From Vicugna vicugna (lineage: Eukaryota), in assembly GCA_013265495.1 (NCBI GenBank), contig MU061578.1, positions 3,171,308 through 3,233,307 on the forward strand: a stretch of 62,000 nucleotides of DNA. The letters run 5' to 3'. Each line of letters starts with the position of its first letter. Within the stretch, counting starts at the first letter, position 1. The notes beneath the pieces were generated by a model. It ran no database searches, was not told the origin of the DNA, and saw only the letters and a list, made by a program, of their open reading frames with translations. The translations under genes and the position numbers were made by a program. Positions 51,630 through 62,000 of the stretch are shown one piece after another.

Positions 51630-51823
51630 AAGGACCTACTGTATAGCACAGGGAACTATATTCAATTTCTTGTAGTAGGCTATAATGGAAAAGAATCTGA
51701 AAATATGTATATGTGTGTGTGTACATATATATATATATATATACAAAACTGAATTGCTTTGCTGTACACCTGAAACTAACATTGTAAATCAACTAGAGTT
51801 CAATTAAAATAAAATAAAATAAA
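51630..51823 (+). mobile_element. Short younger L1 3' end
   Basis: CCTACTGTATAGCACAGGGAACTATATTCAA...GCTGTACACCTGAAACTAAC...(TAAAA)n. Confidence 0.8.
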
Positions 51824-52593
51824 GTGTGAAATTCCTAAAATATGTGGACAAGCCTGGACAATAGCAAGTGACACCCATGTATCCACTGGCCAGGTTAACT
51901 AGATGTTGATACTTTGCCCTGTTTGTTTCCAGTCTGTTCGTCTTTTAAGGAAATAGATGTTATGGTACCTTTCACTACTTTCCTCCTCTGTCCCCCTCAA
52001 TATAATTCCCACTCTTATTTTGGTATTTTCACAAGTGAAGGTGTTCAAAAGGAATATATGTATCGATAGTATTTTTAAACTTTGCAAAAATGGTCTCTGT
52101 TCTGTAACCTGCTTTTTTACACAGCTTGTTTCAGAAATCTGCCCTGTTGATGTGGCGGGTGTGGTTCATTCATTGAAACTGCCCATAATATTCCATCACA
52201 ACTCATGGACCACACCTCAGCCATCTAGCAGTCTCTTTGTGGAACCATGAAAATCAGTGCTGCCTTGAATACCCCTTTCCTGTCTCCTTGGGGACCTTCA
52301 GGTGGAGAGGTAAAAATGCCAGGTTAAGGGGTTACAGACCTTCAGCTGTGTTAGTCACGTGACTCCCTACACTCTGCTGGTATCAGACTTAATTTTTACT
52401 GATTGACTTCAAATGCTATCATCATTCATTCCCTTGATTACCAATGCGGTTAAGCATCTTTTTTTATATGTTTATTGACCAATTGAGTTTCTTCCTTGAA
52501 CTACTATTCTTTTACTGTTTTTTTGAGGAACTCTTGTCTATTTTGGAAATAAATCCATTGTTAGTTACATTTGTTTTAAATATCTTTCCCAGT

Positions 52594-53369
52594 TGCTATG
52601 GACTGAATTGTGTCCCCCCACATTCATATGTTGAAGCCCTAACCTCCAATGCAATGATAATTTGGAGATGGACATTTGGGAGATTATGAGGATTAGATGA
52701 GGTCATGTGGGTGACCTCCTAAAATGGAATTAGTCTTATAAAGAGAAGAGAAAGAGGGAAAGATGGTTCTCTCCAACGTGCAAATATACACTTAGAAGAA
52801 GACACTCACCATAAGCCAGGAAGAGAGCTCTCAACAGGAAAGAATTTGCTGGTGTGAAATATAATAAAGGGAAACCTCACCAAAATGGATGCCAGAATGG
52901 AGAGTTTTTACACACACATCACTCAACATCAACAGGGATCCCAACATATCACAGCAGGGACACTATACTACCCAGCAGGAGGGAGAAAGATTTTCTTTTT
53001 GCCTAGCAACAGGCTAGCCAATGAGAGACTCTTACAACTTAGCGAATGAAAAGCCATTGTACTTTGAATTCCTAGTTTTCTCCAATGGGCTCTTTGTTTA
53101 CGGCAGCCCCTCCCAACTGCCCCTTCTCCTCTATAAAAAAGTTTCCTCTCCTTTGTTGGACATAGTTGTATATCCCGAATTATAATTCTTTGATGCTCTT
53201 GAATAAATCCATTTTGCTGGTAAAATAACTGGCTTTTTAATTGTTTTAGGTTAACAGTGGCATCTTGACCTTGGACTTCCAAACTGCAGAATTGTGAAAA
53301 ATAAATGTCTGTTTTTTTAACCACCCAGCATTTGGCATTTGGTCATAGCAGCATGAGCAGACTAAGACA
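52594..53369 (+). mobile_element. MLT1 LTR (TSD CCAGT) split by a nested solo ERV LTR at 52853-53256
   Basis: TGCTATGGACTGAATTGTGTCCCC...GACTAAGACA flanked by CCAGT (52589-52593, 53370-53374); inner TG...CA element with CTGG/GTGG flanks. Confidence 0.85.
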
Positions 53370-56247
53370 CCAGTCTATCATGTGTCTTTTGTCAAAGAGA
53401 AGGCTAATTTTTAAAAGTATTTTTTACTAAGGTACAATTTTCCTACAGTAAAATTCATTCTTTGTAGTGTACAATTCTGTGAGTTTTGAAAAACACATAC
53501 AGTTATAGAACGACCATTACAATCAAGAGATGAAACAGTTCCGTCACTCCAACAAATTCCCCTCTCTCCCAGTCCCCACTGATCTGATTTGTGTTCCTTT
53601 ACTTTCGGAAGGCTTAAATTTTAATGTGTTTAACTTTAAATCATTCCTTTCTTTAATGGTTTGTAATTTTTATTATTGTGTAAGACATTTTCCTGCTCTA
53701 AGGTCATAAAGATATTTTTCAATGTCTTCTAAAAGTTTTAAAGTTTTGCTTTCCACCTGTATGTGTTTGATTGCTCTGTAACTATTTTTGTGTCTAATGT
53801 GACATAGGGATGTGAGTTGTGACATAGGGAACAGTTGTGAGGTTTTTGTGTAGACAACTGGCCCAGCTATAGAACAGTCCATCCTTTCCTTATGATTAGC
53901 AAAGCCACCAAGGATAAAAATGATGTGTTTGACTACTCAGAATTAAAGATTTATGCCCAATCTTCCCCAACAGATAGAGTTCATGAAGGGGACACAGGCA
54001 GGGAGAAGATATTTGCATATCTTGGGATGCAAGGGATTTTATTTAAAGAAAATTCAGAGTACCCAATAGGAAAACAAGCAAGTGCTACAGGTGGGCAGTT
54101 CACAGATCCTAGGGGCCAGTAAACATAGCAAGAAATGCTCAGCCACAGTAGCACTCAGTTAAATTCGAACAAGACAGATGAGATGCCATTTTAAGTTCAC
54201 TGGACTAGCAAAAATGGGGGAAATGATAGGTAAAGTTTGCTAGAATTTTGGCATATTTTCTCCTGGTTTTTAAAAAATGGATTTGTTATCAAATCTAGCC
54301 TGTCATCCTCCCGTTCCTACTGTCAGTAGCCAGATCTCACCTAGGCAGTGGAGAGGCTCTACCCCAGGGGAGATATGAGCATTCTTCAACTGAGGTTTTT
54401 TTGACCTACTTTCCATTTGCTCCCCTGGCAGGTCTAATAGGGCTGTGCCACACAGCCAGGAATCTGCTGAGTCACCTTGCAAGCTGATGGGTCTTTCATC
54501 TTTCCAACTCCACAGGCCAAAGGTCACCAGGGAAAAGGGATTAAGGAGACCCATGTGCTTGGAGAGTTCCAAAGAAAAGTGTTTATCCCAAGTACCTTTC
54601 AAAAAGACTCACAGAGGAGGTTTTCACAGACATTCACCCAGATGCAAAAATCAACAGATGTGAGCTGCAGCCCACTCTCCTTTCATCTTCTGTGTACCTG
54701 TTACACGGCTAAATTAAAAGGTACAAGGGGTGGGCCTGGAGGAGCACATCAAAGTGGCAGCAGGGGCTGCTTCCACTGAGCTGGTTTATTTTACCTTGAA
54801 TGTTAGAGATGGAAAATGTCTATAGGCTACAAAGGGAAAGCTCGGGTCTAAATAACTGCCTGGGAACTTGTCACTTTTGTTTTAGGAACAGTCTCTTGTA
54901 CTGGTCTGAGGAGGAAGGCATATGCTTTCCATGCTGGGGTTCTATTTGGGCACATCAGCCAGCCAAAGAATACCAAGTTTTCAGGCATTGCCACAGCAGC
55001 AGGAGGAATGCCTGCTTCCTCGGGCCACAAGCCCTACCCTCATGTGGTTTCTACCTCCACCACATTAACACCTCTATTTAGAAAGGTTGACCCATCATCA
55101 TAACCACCTCTGAAAATTGTATCTGGTCAAAAGCATCAGTTCATTTTGGATTCTTACCAAAACTGAAGTTTTTTTTCCCCTATAAATGCGGTATCTTTCT
55201 CATGAAAGCATACAGCTCTTACAAGAAATTGAGAATATAGTTTTTGGGTGGGTGGGGGGAATCCCTTGCCCTTCTTTTCCGAGTGCCAACCTCACAAAAT
55301 CTGGTACCACATGTCTTGGGATTTTGTCATGGGAGATGATTCAGTTAATTAACACACTGCTCTCACGTACACTTGGAAAAAGAGGTTCAGTTTCCTTTGG
55401 TTCCTGACAAAGCTGCTTATGATACATACCTGGTGCTGGTGCTTTCCTCCATACATTTCATTACAGGCTATATTTAGCACCTCGTCTGAGGCCCGGAGGT
55501 TCGCCGTCTCCTATGTAGCATGTCTCCGCTTTCATGCCTGCTGCAAAGTGCCCACATTGCTATCTAGCACCCTGTGTCCCCACTGAGGATAGTGACATCT
55601 AGACAAACATATGTCAGTTGTCGAAGACAGCCCCAGTGCTTGGGAGGCCTGACTGTGCAGTAGCGATGAACACTGGATATCCTACGGAAAAAACCCTTGT
55701 CGTAGATTTGAAAAAAGGTCTCAGCGTTTGACCACGCGTTCCTTCCGTCACAAGTGACGGGCCGCATTTTCGGGGCCCTTTCACACTCGGGGAGGAACTG
55801 CGCGCGCGCCGCCGCAGGGTGCCTGCGGAGGGCAGCACAAACACTTCCCTCGCTCCACTAGGATGGTGTTTGTTGCTTATCAATTTGTTAGAGCGCTTTA
55901 CGCAGGACTCAGTCCATCCGCATCGCACGTGGGTCTGTGACGTCACGCCGGGCTTAGCAGACTCCGAAGGCACCCTCCCACTGCGCCCATCAACACCAGA
56001 ACCAAACAGAACTGCTGGACCGCACACCACCCCCCAGCGCCAGCACCCGTGCGCCTGCCTTTATAGCAAGCCGGAGAGGGGCGGAGCCGGCAGGCGCCGC
56101 GACGTAATGACGTCAGGCCCAGCGGAGGGCGGGGCTAGGGCGGCGGCGTGCGCTCGGGTACCTCGGGCGCCTCCGCGTCGTCGTCCTCTTCCTCCGCTTC
56201 CCCCTCAGCGTTCTCCTTCTCGCCGTCCTCCTCCGGGACCCCCTCCT

Positions 56248-56290
56248 CAGCGTCCCCCTCCCCAGCGTCCCCCTCCCCAGCGTCCCCTCT
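56248..56290. repeat. 15-bp tandem repeat CAGCGTCCCCCTCCC x~3 in RAB11FIP3 5' region
   Basis: Direct reading. Confidence 0.85.
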
Positions 56291-57249
56291 GCGCCCTCCC
56301 CTTCGGTTTCCCTTAGCCGCCCGCAGTCGCCATGGGCCCGCGCCCGTCGCGCCGCCGGGCCGAGGACAGCTGAGGCGCGGTGCGAAGATGGGCTGGGCNN
56401 NNNNNNNNNNNNNNNNNNNNNNNNNNNNNNNNNNNNNNNNNNNNNNNNNNNNNNNNNNNNNNNNNNNNNNNNNNNNNNNNNNNNNNNNNNNNNNNNNNNN
56501 NNNNNNNNNNNNNNNNNNNNNNNNNNNNNNNNNNNNNNNNNNNNNNNNNNNNNNNNNNNNNNNNNNNNNNNNNNNNNNNNNNNNNNNNNNNNNNNNNNNN
56601 NNNNNNNNNNNNNNNNNNNNNNNNNNNNNNNNNNNNNNNNNNNNNNNNNNNNNNNNNNNNNNNNNNNNNNNNNNNNNNNNNNNNNNNNNNNNNNNNNNNN
56701 NNNNNNNNNNNNNNNNNNNNNNNNNNNNNNNNNNNNNNNNNNNNNNNNNNNNNNNNNNNNNNNNNNNNNNNNNNNNNNNNNNNNNNNNNNNNNNNNNNNN
56801 NNNNNNNNNNNNNNNNNNNNNNNNNNNNNNNNNNNNNNNNNNNNNNNNNNNNNNNNNNNNNNNNNNNNNNNNNNNNNNNNNNNNNNNNNNNNNNNNNNNN
56901 NNNNNNNNNNNNNNNNNNNNNNNNNNNNNNNNNNNNNNNNNNNNNNNNNNNNNNNNNNNNNNNNNNNNNNNNNNNNNNNNNNNNNNNNNNNNNNNNNNNN
57001 NNNNNNNNNNNNNNNNNNNNNNNNNNNNNNNNNNNNNNNNNNNNNNNNNNNNNNNNNNNNNNNNNNNNNNNNNNNNNNNNNNNNNNNNNNNNNNNNNNNN
57101 NNNNNNNNNNNNNNNNNNNNNNNNNNNNNNNNGCGCCGCCGCGGGGATGCCCGCGCCCGCCGCCGCGCCCTGAGCGCCTTTGTCTGCCGCCCGCGCCGCC
57201 CGCCGCATCACTGGCCTCGAGGGCCCGCGCCGCGGCCGGGGGCGCGCCC

Positions 57250-57837
57250 ATGAAGATGGAGCCAGGCCGACCGGCCTCCCCCGCGGGCGGCCGGGGCCCA
57301 GACCCAGAGCCCGGCGGGCCCGCGGCCGCCCCGCGCACGCCCGCCGCCCCCTCCCCGCGCATGGGGCTCTGTCCGCAGGACCCCGCGGTCGGCGCAATTG
57401 CCGGGCGGGTTGCGGGCCCGGAGCGGCGGCCTCAGCGTGCCGGCCAGGAGCCCGACCCTGACCCGCCGCTGCTGGAACTCGGCCCACTTTTTTCTTGGAC
57501 TACGGAGCCTGAGGGTGACGGCCCCGCAAGTTGCCCGCACAGCGCGTCTGTCCCCGCGCAGGATTTTAGCCGCAGCCACCACCTGAGGGGCGAGGTCGAT
57601 TTTTTCCCTTCCTTCCCCTCGCCCACGGTGGGCGAGCCGGCGCTGGAGGTGGGTCCCGGGGACCCCGACCGGCCCTCGGACTTCAGCCAGACCCTCCCCC
57701 TAGCGAGCGAGTCCTCGGGGTGTCCGGAGGATGGCCCCCGCCTCCGGGCCGTGTTCGATGCCCTGGACGGGGATGGGGACGGCTTCGTCCGCATCGAGGA
57801 CTTCGTCCAGTTCGCCACCGTCTACGGGGCAGAGCAG
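57250..57837 (+). CDS. RAB11FIP3: Rab11 family-interacting protein 3, first coding exon only (gene continues beyond window); start ATG 57250 or 57256
   Basis: Pro/Gly-rich N-terminus (GPDPEPGGP, LFSWT.EPE) then EF-hand LRAVFDALDGDGDGFVRIEDFVQFATVYGAEQ ending at CAG|GTAACT; synteny with DECR2. Confidence 0.92.
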
Positions 57838-59394
57838 GTAACTCGCAGCCTGGGAGCCTGGCCCCGTGCGGTGGTCGCGGGGTGCACTGTTAAGGCCAAG
57901 GGTCCCGCGTTCTCTTTTGATTCACTTCTGTCAGTACCTCTTCCCCCTTTAATGAGGTTCTGTTCCTGGGAGTCAGTTTTTTTCCTTGCCATTCCAAGCC
58001 ACACAAGCTGGATCTTTCCTAAATCGAGGGGAGCTCCTGGCTTGGGAACATGTCCCCAGGCTGCCTGATAGACTGGCCCCCTGCATGGGTAAGTGCTAGC
58101 GGTTCCGCCAGCTGAGCGCCCAGGTCTGGCTTGGCTGAAGTAGTCCACTCCTTGGGTCTGCAAAGTCAAGGCTGCACTTGGACGCTGAAGATCATGTTAA
58201 TAGACACCTATTTTAAGCGCAGTTACTTTACTGTGTGTGATTGGCATATGTTCTACGTAAATTCGTTAGCTTACTGTTTGGGAGACAGTGAACTCTAAAA
58301 ATTTTCACTTCCGTACCTTCTGTGCAGAGGGGAAAGAGATGAACCCTGGTAGGTGGGGAATGAGCCTCAGAGCACCGTGGTGAATGCAGACTCGAGTAGA
58401 ACTCCACTCGGGACACCTCCACTCTTGTAGGACAGGTGAGATGCTGGACAGGAATGCACAGTGCAGTGTGGCAGGTGTCCCCTGAAGCTCCCAATGCCGT
58501 GGCTGCTTTGGGAGGTGGGCCTCAAGACCCAGGCCTTCCCTCTCCTCCCCCTCCAGCACTTATGGAAGTTAAGGTGAAGAAGGCATCAGGACTGTGTGTT
58601 CTGCAGTTAACCCAAATAGACATTAAGTAGATTACTAGTGTTAACGTTTAAATATTTTATTTAGCAGTGGAAAATCCCTAAAATGCTGATCTGCTAGGTT
58701 TTGTATTTTATTGACTTCTCACACGTGCAGACAGTTGTTAAGTGGGTGTTCAGTTTAAGTGGGTGTTAAGTGGGTGTACAGATGCATGTTTAAACCAAGA
58801 GATCTTTAAGAGGTAGAATTACACCCTACCATTTAGGGTGTCTGTCATAACATTAAGAACCTTTATCCGTGTACCCCTTGAGGGTTCAGTGTCCGTTAAG
58901 CTGTCATGTAAAGAACTGGCTCATCCTGAGTCAGGGCTCCTTGTTGAGTTTTCAGCCTGGGAAGATGTGCAAGCCTCTGTGGGCATCCTGAATGTTGGGG
59001 TCAGTGTGACCCTCCTGTTTAGCTCTGGGTTGGAAGATATTGCTCAGGATGGTCTTCCATCTCTTAGTTTAATGGGCAGAGAGATAGATACATGACTGAC
59101 AATTTCCGGTATGGTTAACGTGGATTGTGATTGCTGGTTCAAGTTTTTTTATGTTTTTTTCTTTTTGCCCCTGGGCTGAAGAGCACCTTGGGTATCCTTG
59201 GTTGTTTTTAACTAGTGTGATGTGTCTTTTCTCCAAACACACCCTTCCTCGTTACACCAATCAAAGATGTTAGGAAAGTGGGACTTTTGTTCCTCTTTAC
59301 CATAATCTGACCCCAGTCTCTACCTTACAGCTTAAGTGAGGCTCATTTATATTTTCATTGGATCATCAACCTTTCTTTGAGGTGACAGTAGGCA

Positions 59395-59505
59395 GACAGG
59401 ATTCATCCTACTTGACAGGAAACTGGAGGCCCAGAAAGGTTAAATAACTTCCCAAGGCCTCAGAGATTGTCAGTGCCAGAACTAGGACTTGAACTAGGCC
59501 TTTTG
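59395..59505 (+). mobile_element. MIR SINE core
   Basis: GGAAACTGGAGGCCCAGAAAGGTTAAATAACTTCCCAAGG...GAACTAGGACTTGAAC. Confidence 0.7.
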
Positions 59506-62000
59506 GCTCTTAAGGTTTAGATGGCTTTCAGCTTAGGTTTGGTGGCCCTAAATATTCCCACAAAGTGTCATCTCATTGATTTCCATAAAATCCTTTTCAT
59601 TTGAAAACCACCTTCTGTTGAAACATTCTTATTGATCACAGTGGGAAAAACTTTGGGTTGCTATTGGGGGCTGAGATTTTTGTCAGTACAAAGTAGAAAT
59701 GAGTCAACATTCTTTGCTCTGATAGCTCCTGGTGGAATGTTAAGTTTAAGGGTAAGGCAGGGATGACTCAGGATTTGGTGGGGATGGGCGAGTTGGGGAG
59801 ATCTGTGGCATTGCCCCTTCTGTCTGCTCTCCTAGACTGCTCAGGAAGAAGTAATGTGGGATGTGATCTAAGTACCTGACTTACATGAGCTTCCTGGGAT
59901 GATGAAGAGAGCTCTTGTTTTGGAGCAGATAATTAACAGGGTAATGAAAGGTTGATTTTTGTGTCTGTAAGCTTTGCTAGCCTTGGTTATGACTCAGGCT
60001 TGCTTTTCCAAGTCCAGTGTTGAAATACATTATAGAGAAGCAAAGAAAAGAAATACACTTTGACGGTGAAGTAGTTTGGGAAAAAGTAAAAAATTCTACA
60101 TTATGATAAATATTTTTTATTTTTTAAAATGAAAAATCTTGAACATATATAAGAATAGAGAGACTAATCTAGTGAAACACTCTACCTGTCCCCAAGTCAT
60201 CGCTCAGTGTTCACAGTCTTGGTTCATCTGTAAACTCACCACTCCCCACCCCCAGATTACTTTTGAAGCACATACTTGACATTTCATCCATAAATAGCTG
60301 AAAGATAAGAACTCTTTTTAAAAATTCGTGATTTTTTTTTAAAACCATAGGAACAGTTTGGATAAGCTGGCTAGATAACAGCAATAAAGATGATAAATTT
60401 TTGTACTTTCCACCTGAGATTTCAAAATACTGAATGCATGAGACTCTTAGGCTGGTCACATTACTGTCCTTGATGATAGCAACTAGATTATCTGGGTTAC
60501 TGTCAAATTTTCAAAGGTAGCATGTTCATTCTCTCTTATGTAATCTGTTTATGAAGGAAGCTTTTTAAATTATTTAAGTGGATTATCTGAATTTTTAATA
60601 GACGCCGTTCCCATTCAGAATACAGATGGCTTTTGTGACCCTCTTTCTTTAGCAGTGTCATGGTGTGTTTGGATCTCATTACATCATCTGGTGATAGATC
60701 AGGTGTGGTGTAATATAACACAGTGTTAGCAGGAATCAGGAGGAGAAAGAGGACTACTGTGGAGCTTTCTGGTTGTGTTTTCTTGAAATAGGAATTTACA
60801 GTCATATATGCCAGACACTAGTTGTGAGTTTGGAACAGGTTATTTTTAAGGTCTCTGCTATCTCTGAAGATTCCTCATTGACATGACCCCTTCATACTGA
60901 GAGGACTGATGGTTTTGTACTCAACACCAATGTAGAAAGCGGAAATTGCAAAATAAATTATAAGTATTATGAGAAAGGATTAGTTTCTTTTGGTTTTGCT
61001 TTCCAAAGAAATTAATTATAATTGTAAAGATTTTCACATTTTATTACAGCACTCACATAAGCATTTATGTTTTAACAGTCACTGATTCTTTCCAGAGAAC
61101 CCTTCACGTTGGAGCACTGAATGCCCTTCAGTCACCTTGTGGTCTGTCTGCCATTCTCAGTACTTGCATGTAGGCTGCTGAAGGAAGTGTTGATGCACAG
61201 GTCTCCCTGCCTTTCTTTCCTGCACCTCTGCTGGTAGGCAGTTGGAACTCCCCAGGGACATTTGGCTGCACCTTTTAGTTGCTTCAGGTCCTTTGCAGTT
61301 TCTGTCCTAGCCTTGGATTTGTGTGTGTCTATGTGTGAGTGAGAGAGAATGAGCATGTGTATGTGAACAGGTGCATATAGGAACTAGTGTGTGTGTCAGG
61401 GTCTGTGTGCAGATGAACTGTTAAAAGGCAGATGATCCTGTCTGTGCTTGAATCACAGGCAATTTTGTTAGTGTCTTAAAAAACACCTTTTTTATAATGT
61501 AAATGTAATACATGCTTATTATTTAAAAAAAACTGGAGAATACAGAATGGTATAAAATATAAAGCAAAAAATGATCACTGTCTTGAGAAAAACACTATTA
61601 GCATTTTAATGCATTTCCTTCCAGACTTTTTTGTACACATATACACACAACTTTGTATAGAAGTATGTAATTTGAGATCATATTGGGTAGAAGAAGCTCA
61701 TTATTTTTATAGATGTTCCTTGTTTTAAAAAAGTGAAATAATACAAATAAGCAAAATAAAAAATGAGAATCACCTATAATCCCACCATCCAGAGATAACT
61801 ACTTAGTATTTAATATGTAAATTAAAATATGTGTAATAAATGTTTCATTGTCCCCAAATGGTATAGTTCCACGTCTGTTGTTATGAACCTGCTTTTACCT
61901 GTTTTTTAAAAACTGAGGATCTCAGGTGTATACATTTATCCTTCTGTATGGAGGGTTTTGCTTTCCAGGACTCCCCACTCCCCCTCTTGGACGCTAAAAT

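Larger units (their letters stand above)
55730..57910 (+). promoter_or_regulatory. RAB11FIP3 CpG-island promoter/5' UTR with two full CREs and an E-box
   Basis: TGACGTCA at 55938-55945 and 56108-56115; CACGTG 55926-55931; GC boxes; interrupted by N gap 56399-57132. Confidence 0.8.

Noticed and set aside
56135..58068. Very long ORFs (341-562 aa) in the ORF track
   Set aside because: They are artefacts of reading through the 734-nt N gap and GC-rich DNA; only 57250-57837 is supported as coding.

Overview
Mammalian genomic DNA syntenic to human 16p13.3. tRNA-Ala(AGC)-derived SINEs suggest a camelid. Gene order: MRPL28 (-, 256 aa, 5 coding exons), PGAP6/TMEM8A (-, 764 aa, 13 exons), a ~15 kb repeat-dense spacer (L1, MaLR/ERV LTRs, SINEs), NME4 (+, 187 aa, 5 exons), DECR2 (+, 292 aa, 8 coding exons, C-terminal AKL) and the first coding exon of RAB11FIP3 (+). 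I traced all splice junctions by hand, and the four complete CDSs join in frame. There are two N gaps (34585-34635, 56399-57132). The most interesting unexplained signal lies on the minus strand between DECR2 and RAB11FIP3 (46928-48184). A perfect RFX X-box overlaps a Kozak ATG, followed by four phase-compatible exon-like blocks and an AATAAA. By eye its translations weakly resemble FAM183/CFAP144-type ciliary microtubule inner proteins, so it is a candidate unannotated, probably decayed ciliary gene. Other points: a GC-AG intron in MRPL28, a strong RE1/NRSE in PGAP6 intron 8, a probable L1 3' transduction, a templated duplication upstream of NME4, an in-frame 69-nt DECR2 intron and two uORFs. 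Repeat family names and human comparisons come from memory and are unverified.
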